Of a DNA stretch of 64,000 nucleotides, positions 30,119 to 39,145 are shown one piece after another. A program made the position numbers and the translations under genes. A model generated the notes under the pieces. That model was not told the origin of the DNA and did not search any database. It worked only from the letters and a program-made list of their open reading frames with translations. The stretch comes from Thermoplasmata archaeon (GTDB lineage: Archaea > Thermoplasmatota > Thermoplasmata > Thermoplasmatales > Thermoplasmataceae), in the NCBI GenBank assembly GCA_021809755.1, contig JAJZJZ010000001.1:24204-88203 (forward strand), in the 5' to 3' direction. Each line of letters begins with the position of its first letter. Position 1 is the first letter of the stretch.

Positions 30119-32812
30119 ATGGATCCGGTTGAGATATATTGGCAGGAGCAGTGGAAAAAAGACAGTGTATTTGAAGCAAAACCTGATAATCGTAAAAAAT
30201 ATCTTTTAACTGTTCCATGGCCATATACTAGCGGCCCATTACATGCGGGGCATGCAAGGACATATTCAATTGCAGATTTTATTGCACGCTATAAGAGGCT
30301 AACTGGATTTAATGTAATGTATCCAATGGGTTTTCATGAGAGCGGAACACCAATTCTTGCAATCTCGCAGAGAATCAGAAGAGGAGATCAGACTGCCATT
30401 GATCTTTACAGGAAATATATCGGAGAATACGAGCCTTCTCAAAATATTTCTTCTATTATTGACACGTTTAAGGATCAGGAAAAACTGGCCGGCTATTTTG
30501 CAGAAAAAATCAGAAAAGATTTCGATTCACTCGGATTTTCAATTGACTGGTCAAGGGAATTTAAATCTGTTGAACCTGTATACAAAGATGTTGTTTCATG
30601 GCAATTCAGAAAGCTCCATGATCTTGGTTACATTACTCAGGGAAGATACCCTATACTTTATAATTCAGATGAAGAAAGCGCAGTTGGAGAAGATGACATA
30701 GAGGATGGGGATACAGATAAGGTCAGCATAGAGGAATTCACTAGCATAATTTTTGAAGGTGAAGAGTTTTCTCTTGCAGCATCCACATTAAGACCTGAGA
30801 CTTTACCAGGAGTTGTCAATTTATGGATCTCAAATGAAGAGAAATATGTACTTTGCACTCTCAATTCCAGAAAGATTGTCGTATCGATTTCAGCTAAGGA
30901 AAAACTATCTAGGCAGGAAAACAATATTAGTGAATTAGAACCAATTTCCGTGGAGAAAATTATATCTAATTCCTTTAGGAATCCATTTAATGGTGAAATC
31001 TTACGAGTTTATTCAGCGGATTTCGTTGATCCTAACAATGCAACGGGAGTTGTCGCATCGGTTCCAAGTAATTCAATTATAGACTTTCTAGAATGCAAAA
31101 AACTTGGCATCAATTACGAACAAAGGAAGTTTATCAAGGTAGGGGATAATTATTCATCCGCAGAAAGTTTTTTGAAAATACATAAAGTAGATCTCTCCGA
31201 TCCTGAAGCAATTGCCAGAGCTAACTCAGAATTATACAAAATAGAGTTCTACGAAGGTGTAATGGACTATCCCGAGTTTAAAGGAAAAAAGGTTTCTAAA
31301 GCGAGAGAAGAAATAGGAAACACTCTTAAAACAAAGAATAGTGCTTTTATCATTTATGAAACTTCACGCAAGGCAAGAACCAGATCAGGAAGTCCGGTGA
31401 CAATTGCTGTGTTTAGTAATCAGTGGTTTCTCGATTATTCAAACAGCAATTGGAAGATAAAGGCACATAAAACTGTTCAAAACATGAATTTCTATCCGGC
31501 ACATTATAAAAACGGGATGAACGAAGTTATAGACTGGTTAAAAGAAAGACCGTGTGCACGTATGAGAGGATTAGGAACACAGTTACCTTTTGATGATAAG
31601 TGGATTATTGAATCACTTTCAGATTCCACAATATATCCTGCGGTTTATACATGCATTGACTCCCTTAGAAGGATCTACGAAGAAAAAGGCGGAGTTGATG
31701 ATCAAACTCTCGATTTTATTTTTACGGACTTTGGAAAATCATCAGATGAAATGGCTATAAAAGCCAGAGAATGGTTCAGATATTGGTATGGCGTTGATTT
31801 GAGAATAACGGCATTTCCACATTTTACAAATCATCTTGCTTTCTACATTATGAATCACAGCGCCCTGCTTCCTGAATTTGCCCAACCCGGTGGAATAATG
31901 ATTGCTGGCACCATGATATCAAACGGGAAGAAAATATCAAAAAGCAAGGGCAACTCAATATCACTTCTTCAGATAGCATCTAATTTTGGGGCAGATCTTT
32001 TCAGACTTTATGTAGCGGTAACTTCAGATCCCACATCGGTAGTAGACTGGAACGAAGAAGACGTTTCAGTGGTAGGATCACGATTTTCAGAACTCAAAAA
32101 TCTGATCACAGAGGTCGTAGATAGTGGAATACAGAATCAAAGTGGAATATCAGATTGGTTTTGTCAGAGCTTTTATCTTCACCTTAAAAAATACAGGGAA
32201 AGCATGGAAGCTATGAATATAAGACTTGGATTTATTGAAATATTCTATGGAGTTCTTAACGACATTTCAAAGTTAAAATTCAGAGGTATCAATCCGACTG
32301 CTTCCATTAGAGTAATAATAAAACCATGGCTCAAGGCATTGTCGCCGGTAATATGCCATTTCACAGAAGAAATGTGGCACAAACTGGGAAATAAAACTTA
32401 TATTTCCAGTGAAATGTTCACAGAGGATGAAATGAAAGAACCTCAAATGGGGCCAATAGAGGATGAAATTTATCTTGAAAATATTGTGTCGGATATTAGG
32501 GAAGTAATTAAGGTGACAAAGAAAAACCCAGAAGAAATTCGAATAATTGTGTGTAGTTCTGAAAAAGCATCATTAGTTGGAAAAATACTCAATGGTAAGG
32601 AAATAGAACAGAGTATGAAATGGGTCATACCGTTGGTAATGAAAAACAGAAAATTCATTAAAAATGACATAAATGAAAGGAAAATCCTTTTTGATTCCAC
32701 GAGCTATCTTTCACAAATATTTTCGTGCAGGTTCGTTATTACAGATGATGAGGATGAAGGCGATAAGAGAAGAATACCTCTTCCCGGAAAGCCTTTGATT
32801 AAACTTTTGTAG
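30119..32812 (+). CDS. leuS: Leucyl-tRNA synthetase (archaeal type)
   Basis: PWPYTSGPLHAGH, TLRPET, IESLSDSTIY, KISKSKGN; start set at ATG 30119 just after the pdaD stop. Confidence 0.95.
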   Translation: MDPVEIYWQEQWKKDSVFEAKPDNRKKYLLTVPWPYTSGPLHAGHARTYSIADFIARYKRLTGFNVMYPMGFHESGTPILAISQRIRRGDQTAIDLYRKYIGEYEPSQNISSIIDTFKDQEKLAGYFAEKIRKDFDSLGFSIDWSREFKSVEPVYKDVVSWQFRKLHDLGYITQGRYPILYNSDEESAVGEDDIEDGDTDKVSIEEFTSIIFEGEEFSLAASTLRPETLPGVVNLWISNEEKYVLCTLNSRKIVVSISAKEKLSRQENNISELEPISVEKIISNSFRNPFNGEILRVYSADFVDPNNATGVVASVPSNSIIDFLECKKLGINYEQRKFIKVGDNYSSAESFLKIHKVDLSDPEAIARANSELYKIEFYEGVMDYPEFKGKKVSKAREEIGNTLKTKNSAFIIYETSRKARTRSGSPVTIAVFSNQWFLDYSNSNWKIKAHKTVQNMNFYPAHYKNGMNEVIDWLKERPCARMRGLGTQLPFDDKWIIESLSDSTIYPAVYTCIDSLRRIYEEKGGVDDQTLDFIFTDFGKSSDEMAIKAREWFRYWYGVDLRITAFPHFTNHLAFYIMNHSALLPEFAQPGGIMIAGTMISNGKKISKSKGNSISLLQIASNFGADLFRLYVAVTSDPTSVVDWNEEDVSVVGSRFSELKNLITEVVDSGIQNQSGISDWFCQSFYLHLKKYRESMEAMNIRLGFIEIFYGVLNDISKLKFRGINPTASIRVIIKPWLKALSPVICHFTEEMWHKLGNKTYISSEMFTEDEMKEPQMGPIEDEIYLENIVSDIREVIKVTKKNPEEIRIIVCSSEKASLVGKILNGKEIEQSMKWVIPLVMKNRKFIKNDINERKILFDSTSYLSQIFSCRFVITDDEDEGDKRRIPLPGKPLIKLL

Positions 32813-32822
32813 GGTGGTATAA

Positions 32823-34763
32823 ATGGTAGATGAAATAGAAGAGTTGGTAAAATATTCCAGATTATTGGGAAAGGATAAGAATCTAGTTCTTCACGGCGGA
32901 GGAAACACTTCAGTAAAGGTGATGGAAAAGGTTCATACTGGGAGAACAATAGAAGTGCTGAGAGTAAAGGGGAGCGGATCGGATCTCGCCACTATAGACA
33001 AGGCAGGATTCACAGGATTGAGGATGGAAGACCTGCTCCAGGCAAAATCAAAGGCATCAATGTCAGATTTTGAAATGATGTCTTATCTCAAAAAAAGCTG
33101 TGTTGATCCATCGGAACCATCACCATCAGTGGAATCATTTCTCCATGCCTTTATCAGCAGGAAATATGTTTTGCATAGTCACTCAGATGCAATATTATCA
33201 ATTACCAACACGGAGTTTACTCAAGAAGAAATAGAAAAAATTCTTCCAAATGTAATGGTTGTTCCATACATCCCACCCGGTTTCAAACTGGCAAAGAATA
33301 TACTCGATAAAGTGGAGAATATGAATGAAAATGTAAAGGGGTTGGTTCTTTCTAGACATGGTTTGTTTACATTTTCAGATTCTGCAGAAGAAGCTTACAA
33401 CAATCATTTATCTATTGTCGAGGCAGCTAATAAATATATTATGGAAAAGGCTGGTCCAAGGAGCCTGAAACAGGTATTTGATCACAACGATTCATTGGAG
33501 GAATATCTACCTCTTATTCGGGGCTTAGTCTCAAGAAACATAAAAAAAATTCTCGAAATAGACACATCTGCTGAGGCAAAAGAAATTGCATGTTCCGCTG
33601 AGGCTGAAAAGTTCCAAAAGTCAGGACCTGCAACTCCGGATATGCTCATCAGAACCAAATATAATTATCTCTATTTGTCCGACTTTCAAAATATAGAACA
33701 AAAAATACTTTCCTTTGTTGATGAATATAAAAAAGAATATGAAACATACGTTAAAGATTTTCCAATGCATGATCCATATCCTACAATCATAATAGCCAGA
33801 GGTTATGGTATTATTACTGCTGGAAAGAATTCTAAGGAAGCACACATAGTAATGGATCAGATTAAACACAGTGTTTATGTGAATTGGGCTGCATCAAGGA
33901 TCAGCAAACAGCACTTTATTACCAGGGCAGAGGCATATGAAATGGAATATTGGCCACTGGAAGAGGCTAAACTGAAAAAGGATAAACCAAAGCTTCTCGA
34001 AGGATCAGTGTCCATAGTCACCGGTGCAGCCAGTGGAATAGGACTTGAAACTTTTCGAGTACTTTCAAGAAACGGATCTGTAGTGGTTGCAGTTGATCTA
34101 GACCAAAATCTTGGAAACATTAGTAACGATATTTCAAAGGAAACTGGATCAGTCAGCTTTCCCGTCGTTATAGATCTCGGAAATGATGCTGCAATTCAGA
34201 ATGCTTTCAAAGAAATAGTTAAGAAGTTTGGAGGCGTAGACATTGTTTTTAACAATGCGGGCGTTTTAAAATCTGAGATCATAGAAAATATTTCTGTGGA
34301 AACACTTGATCTTCATTATAGAATTAATGGTAGAGCTCCTTTTCTTGTATCGAGGGAGGCCTTTAAAATCATGAAGAAGCAGGGTATCGGTGGAAATATC
34401 ATCTTCAACATCTCCAAAAATCTAACACATCCAGGCCCCGGTATGGCTAGCTACGGTTCATCAAAGGCTTTTGCTGCACAAATGTGCCACTACTTCGCAA
34501 AAGAAGGAGGAAGATTTGGGATTCGGGCTAATATCATAAATCCTGACAAGATATTCAAAGGATCCAAAATATGGGAAAATGGAGTGCTTGAAGCCAGGGC
34601 AAAGGCAAAGGGACAGACAGTTGAGGAGTACAAAACTCAAAACCTTCTAAAAAAGGAAGTTCTCCCGGAGCACGTAGCCAACATGGTTCTTGCAATGGTT
34701 AATGACCATATCTTTGGTGCAACAACCGATTGCATGGTGCCCGTTGATGGAGGCATAATCTGA
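32823..34763 (+). CDS. Bifunctional class II aldolase / short-chain dehydrogenase (rhamnulose-1-P aldolase/SDR family)
   Basis: GGGNTSVK, VKGSG, PSVE, HSH, HGLF; EYWPLEEAKL linker; TGAASGIG, NNAG, YGSSK. Confidence 0.9.
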   Translation: MVDEIEELVKYSRLLGKDKNLVLHGGGNTSVKVMEKVHTGRTIEVLRVKGSGSDLATIDKAGFTGLRMEDLLQAKSKASMSDFEMMSYLKKSCVDPSEPSPSVESFLHAFISRKYVLHSHSDAILSITNTEFTQEEIEKILPNVMVVPYIPPGFKLAKNILDKVENMNENVKGLVLSRHGLFTFSDSAEEAYNNHLSIVEAANKYIMEKAGPRSLKQVFDHNDSLEEYLPLIRGLVSRNIKKILEIDTSAEAKEIACSAEAEKFQKSGPATPDMLIRTKYNYLYLSDFQNIEQKILSFVDEYKKEYETYVKDFPMHDPYPTIIIARGYGIITAGKNSKEAHIVMDQIKHSVYVNWAASRISKQHFITRAEAYEMEYWPLEEAKLKKDKPKLLEGSVSIVTGAASGIGLETFRVLSRNGSVVVAVDLDQNLGNISNDISKETGSVSFPVVIDLGNDAAIQNAFKEIVKKFGGVDIVFNNAGVLKSEIIENISVETLDLHYRINGRAPFLVSREAFKIMKKQGIGGNIIFNISKNLTHPGPGMASYGSSKAFAAQMCHYFAKEGGRFGIRANIINPDKIFKGSKIWENGVLEARAKAKGQTVEEYKTQNLLKKEVLPEHVANMVLAMVNDHIFGATTDCMVPVDGGII

Positions 34764-35741
34764 TTATTTTTTCCTCTTGGGTTTAATGAAGTGAGAAAGT
34801 ACTGCTTGGGCAGTTATATTCACTCCAAATTCTCTGAACTCCTTCATTGCGGTTCTAGCAAATCTAATGTTGTTTATGGTCATGGTCTTTCCCTCCTGAA
34901 GATTCTTTACCAGCAAGTGTAATCCGTAATATCTCCCAAATTCTTTTCTTATTTTTTCACCATATTTTTCAAACAGCATAGGAATATCATCATATGTCTT
35001 GGCACACTCTATGAATAATTCTGCGGATTTAAGAGACGGAACAATACCTTCTCCTGTTATTGGTGATACACAACCGATGGCTTCTCCGATGCCCAGGATA
35101 TTTTCCTTGGACATGTTTTCGAACAGAGGCTTAAGCCTTATCCTCCTCCCTGTTACAAGAATCTTATGGTATGAGTCAATTCGTCTCAGGTTCTCCACCT
35201 GATCCAATCCTCCAGCACCCACATGATATCTGTCTCCCATTGGAAATTCCCAAAAATAGCCTCTGGCTTTACTATAAAAGTTAAAGTAGAATGATTTATG
35301 ATGTGCATTATCTGTGAGATATTCAATGGCCCCCATGGAATAATCATCTGAAGATTGACCTAGAAGGGCTCTTGATATGCCGGAACAGTCAAGAGATACT
35401 CCATTACTATAATTCGGCATACTTTTCATTATCTTGAGGTCTTTGATCATATCATGCTCAAACCTGTTTTTATCAAAGGTGCAGAGTCCTAAACTCTTGA
35501 AAGTGTGTTCAGCAAAATTATCTCCAGCTACAATAACATCATCTGCTCTCGAAATAACATAATCGTCAAAATTCATTCCTGCGAGCTTGCAGTACTCTTC
35601 TATCTTCCTTTCATTGGTAGCGTATCCGCAGGGTATGTAGTAATCCGGTCTCTTAACGTCGTATGCATTAACAGTAAACCCAAGATCGGTTAACCTTCTG
35701 AAAAGATATGATCCGGAAACACCAAGCCCACAAATGTTCAT
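34764..35741 (-). CDS. Geranylgeranyl reductase-family FAD-dependent oxidoreductase
   Basis: GLGVSG, PCG, GYFWEFP, GEAIGCVSPITGEGI. Confidence 0.82.
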   Translation of the reverse strand: MNICGLGVSGSYLFRRLTDLGFTVNAYDVKRPDYYIPCGYATNERKIEEYCKLAGMNFDDYVISRADDVIVAGDNFAEHTFKSLGLCTFDKNRFEHDMIKDLKIMKSMPNYSNGVSLDCSGISRALLGQSSDDYSMGAIEYLTDNAHHKSFYFNFYSKARGYFWEFPMGDRYHVGAGGLDQVENLRRIDSYHKILVTGRRIRLKPLFENMSKENILGIGEAIGCVSPITGEGIVPSLKSAELFIECAKTYDDIPMLFEKYGEKIRKEFGRYYGLHLLVKNLQEGKTMTINNIRFARTAMKEFREFGVNITAQAVLSHFIKPKRKK

Positions 35742-35787
35742 AGAAAGGGTAAAAGCTAAAGATTAAATTACATTTCCATTAAGTTGT

Positions 35788-36579
35788 ATGGAAATTCTTG
35801 AAGACACTCAATTAAAGGCATATCTCATAAAATTCTCATACTTTGGCACTGACTTTGAAGGTTTTTCACTTAGTAATAGCCAAAGAAGCGTGGAGGCAGT
35901 GATTCAGCATTGTCTCTTACAAAATAATATTTCCACGGCCCTTAAAACCTCTTCAAGAACCGATAAGTTTGTGTCTGCAATTTCAAACTGTATGTATATT
36001 GAATCAAAGTTTCGTATTTCAAAGATATTGGGAATATTGAATGCAGAAATTCCTGAGATGGTTTTTCACTCATGGGCAGAAGTTGAACGCGGATTCAATC
36101 CCAGACATACCAGCAAAAAGTCATATGTTTACCTGATAAAGATTAACATAGAAAAACGGGAGGCAATAAAAAAAATATTATTGAAATTTGAAGGTACCCA
36201 CGATTTCAGAAACTTTTGCAAAGTCGACACAAGAAACACAATAAGGACAATAGATCGCATTGAGTTCACAGAAACTAATGAATTCCTAATTGCCACAATC
36301 ACTGCGAAAAGTTTCATCTGGCAACAAATAAGGTTTATCGTTGGTTACGCAAATGATCAATGTGGATTAAATGAAGAAGATCCATTTTCTGATAATATAT
36401 CAAGACCTGTACCAGCTTTACCGCATTTCCTCTTTTTGAAGGATATATATTTTGATGGAATTACTTTCAATACTCGTTTCCCGAGACATAAAAAGAAGAT
36501 CAATTATAGGATGGATTTATCCTATTTTTCATACTATTTCTTCAAAGAACTTCAAAACGGATATAAAGATGCTAACTGA
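35788..36579 (+). CDS. truA: tRNA pseudouridine(38-40) synthase
   Basis: YFGTDFEG, SRTDKFVSA, FNPRH, FEGTHDFRNF, SFIWQQIR. Confidence 0.92.
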   Translation: MEILEDTQLKAYLIKFSYFGTDFEGFSLSNSQRSVEAVIQHCLLQNNISTALKTSSRTDKFVSAISNCMYIESKFRISKILGILNAEIPEMVFHSWAEVERGFNPRHTSKKSYVYLIKINIEKREAIKKILLKFEGTHDFRNFCKVDTRNTIRTIDRIEFTETNEFLIATITAKSFIWQQIRFIVGYANDQCGLNEEDPFSDNISRPVPALPHFLFLKDIYFDGITFNTRFPRHKKKINYRMDLSYFSYYFFKELQNGYKDAN

Positions 36580-36587
36580 AAAATCAA

Positions 36588-37121
36588 TTATTTTTTTTCC
36601 TCTTTCCTGTTCTGTTCCATGAGTTCCTTTAATCTGCTAAGTTCCAGTTTATCAAGTTCTGCCCACCGGCTTTCAAGATGAGAGATCAAGTCATCTATCT
36701 CAGTATTGATTACTTTTCTTTGAATCTTCTTTTCAGTATTCCAGTGAATTCTGTGTGCTTCCTCTCGGAATTTTCTATGATCTCTTGATGATGTTGATGG
36801 ATTTGCATGAGGAGTTGAAGCCAGTAACTTTGATTCAAGCTTTTCTCTTTCTTCTCTGATTTCCTGCTGTTTGGCCCTAATGGACTCATCCCTTTCCTTT
36901 ACTTCAAGGAGCAATTTCTCGACCTTCTGGATCATTTCCTCAAGGTATTTCCTACCTTCTTTATATTCCAGAGCTTCTAATATGCTTTTTTCAAGAAATT
37001 CTTCATCTGTCTGCGCAGGATCTTTGATTGTATCTATAAGGTTACGAAGGTTTTCTTTGAATTTCAAATTTGAAGTTGAAGAGGATTTATCAGGATCCTC
37101 CACTTGGTTCAATATTATCAC
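36588..37121 (-). CDS. Hypothetical highly charged coiled-coil protein, likely co-transcribed with the actin homolog
   Basis: E/K/R-rich heptads (YLEEMIQKVEKLLLEVKERDESIRAKQQEIREEREKLESKL); starts 9-18 bp after the actin stop; the true start may be TTG 37112 with SD GTGAT. Confidence 0.75.
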   Translation of the reverse strand: MIILNQVEDPDKSSSTSNLKFKENLRNLIDTIKDPAQTDEEFLEKSILEALEYKEGRKYLEEMIQKVEKLLLEVKERDESIRAKQQEIREEREKLESKLLASTPHANPSTSSRDHRKFREEAHRIHWNTEKKIQRKVINTEIDDLISHLESRWAELDKLELSRLKELMEQNRKEEKK

Positions 37122-37129
37122 TTTCCAGT

Positions 37130-38119
37130 TTAACTCTCCGATCTTTGGGCCGCATCTTTATACCCAAGACAGTTGGCATATTGAACATCCTCATCTGGGA
37201 TCTTTATGAGAAAACCCGGAGCTAATTCTTCAAGTTTATCGCCAATAAGTGATGCTCCTCCTCCCACTGGGATAATTGCAACAAGTCTGTCAAGATCTGC
37301 TCTAAGATTTGCTCTTAGACTGTCAAGAACCTTCGAGGTCAGCTGGTTAAGTATGGGTTCTGCAACCTGTGGTCCTCCAAATCTTTTCTGTTTAAAAGTT
37401 ACAACGCGGGATAGTGCTTCTCTGGCAATATCTGTTGGTATTACGAAACCGGTCTCCTTGGCAATAAGTCTTCCCAACTGTGAAACTGCATCTCCAATAC
37501 CACTCTCAATACTGAAACAGAGATCCACTACCGGTTCCATATTTTTAAGGTTGACCGTCAAAACATCAGTAGTTCGCGAACCAATATCGACCACGACACC
37601 AAATCCCGGCTGTTTCTCAATCATTCCCTTTGACAGCAAATATAAAGCTGCTCCAACACCCTGTGGTCTCATTATCATTCTCTTTATTGTTATATTCCTG
37701 ACTTCCCCTGAAGAAGATTCTATTTTTAGGGTCTTTCCTTCCAGATATTCCTTTGATGCCAGCAGTTCCTGATTAAACCTACCTAGAGGTGTACCACTCC
37801 CAATGACAAGATCAACCGGCTCTCCATTTCTCCCCACACCTGCAAGCCAAATCGCTGCCCCTATGAGCGGTAACGAATCATCGTGTGCCAACCTTCCGTC
37901 CCCAAGAGGTTCCCTTATATTAGAACCAGCTGCATCCTCACCAAAGATAAACGATTCTCCGCCATTTACTCTCAAAACTGTCATTGAACCGCCAATACCC
38001 CATTGTTCAACCATGTATGGGGACCATCTTGAAGGGAATTTTATCTTTTCATTATTATTGCTCACAACTTTTGTATCTCCATACCCAAGGTCAATTCCTA
38101 TAATTTCTGATACCATCAC
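37130..38119 (-). CDS. ParM/StbA-like actin homolog (Ta0583 type)
   Basis: GIDLGYGDTK, FPSRW, GSGTPLG, RPQGVGA, VDIGSRTTD, VGGGA, YANCLGY; close resemblance to T. acidophilum Ta0583 as recalled; SD AGGTGA. Confidence 0.93.
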   Translation of the reverse strand: MMVSEIIGIDLGYGDTKVVSNNNEKIKFPSRWSPYMVEQWGIGGSMTVLRVNGGESFIFGEDAAGSNIREPLGDGRLAHDDSLPLIGAAIWLAGVGRNGEPVDLVIGSGTPLGRFNQELLASKEYLEGKTLKIESSSGEVRNITIKRMIMRPQGVGAALYLLSKGMIEKQPGFGVVVDIGSRTTDVLTVNLKNMEPVVDLCFSIESGIGDAVSQLGRLIAKETGFVIPTDIAREALSRVVTFKQKRFGGPQVAEPILNQLTSKVLDSLRANLRADLDRLVAIIPVGGGASLIGDKLEELAPGFLIKIPDEDVQYANCLGYKDAAQRSES

Positions 38120-38130
38120 ATTTCACCTTT

Positions 38131-38231
38131 TGCATTGACTAATTGACCAATGCAGTGATATACAATAGCATACACGGTTATTATATGTTTTGATCTGAAT
38201 GGTTTGCATGTTCCATTTCGCATTGACTAAT
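38131..38231. repeat. Repeated cis element upstream of the actin gene (ATTGACYAAT x3; 12-bp direct repeat; flanking inverted repeat)
   Basis: GCATTGACTAAT at 38132-38143 and 38220-38231; ATTGACCAAT at 38142-38151; TGCATTG...CAATGCA arms at 38131-38154. Confidence 0.65.
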
Positions 38232-38349
38232 ATTAATATTATAAGGGTAAACTGTTAACTAGAAAAACAAGGTCGTTTATAAAAGATTTCATGACGTTAA
38301 ATTATTTTTGAAATGAAAGGGTTTAATTTGAATAGCGAAATAAACACTT

Positions 38350-39072
38350 ATGATAGATCTGTTAAGGGAATCGCTTTCAGGAAAACTTGTTGTGGTAAAT
38401 GGAGTAGGTGCAGGCCAGGGGATGTCTACTATTAGGGCCTTTATAAATTGCGGAGCTAAGGTAGTGATCATCTCCAGATCCGGGGATACATATGGTTTAA
38501 CCGAAACATCCCAAATTAGAGCTTTTAAATGTGATGCATCTGATCCGATGACGTTAAAGGAAACTGCTAAAAAAATTTTTTCAGAAATGGGGGAACCTGA
38601 TTTTTTAATAAACAATATAGGAAAATGGTATGGTGGAAACGAACTTGAAGATGAAGCAACTTTTTTGGATATGCTGAAGTTCAACACTTCTTCTCAATAT
38701 AATGCCATATACGCATTTCTACCTTATATGAAAAACAGAGGAGGGGCTATCGTCAACATCGGTGCGTCAGGAGCATTGAGGGAGGCAAGCAGTGTTTCAT
38801 ATTCAACATCAAAGTATGCAATTGAAGAAATGACACGAATCCTCGCATTAAGACTGAAGAAATATAACATAAGAGTAAATTCAATAAAACCAGGTAGTGT
38901 TATTAAAGAAGACACATTCTTTAACGTTTTTCCATTCAAATTTGCAGAAATTTCAGAAGATAAGGTTCTCCAACCTCTAGAGGTAGCATATATCTCACTT
39001 TTCCTTTGCAGTAAACTGGCCCAGTCCATAACAGGGCAATCAATCACTGCTGACCGTGGCACCAGTCTTTAA
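38350..39072 (+). CDS. Short-chain dehydrogenase/reductase
   Basis: NGVGAGQG, IVNIGAS, YSTSK, IRVNSIKPG, ITGQSITADRG. Confidence 0.88.
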   Translation: MIDLLRESLSGKLVVVNGVGAGQGMSTIRAFINCGAKVVIISRSGDTYGLTETSQIRAFKCDASDPMTLKETAKKIFSEMGEPDFLINNIGKWYGGNELEDEATFLDMLKFNTSSQYNAIYAFLPYMKNRGGAIVNIGASGALREASSVSYSTSKYAIEEMTRILALRLKKYNIRVNSIKPGSVIKEDTFFNVFPFKFAEISEDKVLQPLEVAYISLFLCSKLAQSITGQSITADRGTSL

Positions 39073-39145
39073 ACTATATGATGTCTATGCGAAGAGCCTA
39101 AAACGTATAGGCAAACATTCTTTTAAGAAATTGTAATGCTAAATT

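Noticed and set aside
37206..38138. 188-aa and 111-aa plus-strand ORFs
   Set aside because: Antisense shadows of the actin gene.
38289..38687. 132-aa minus-strand ORF upstream of the actin gene, considered as a ParR candidate
   Set aside because: Antisense shadow of the SDR gene with no DNA-binding signature.
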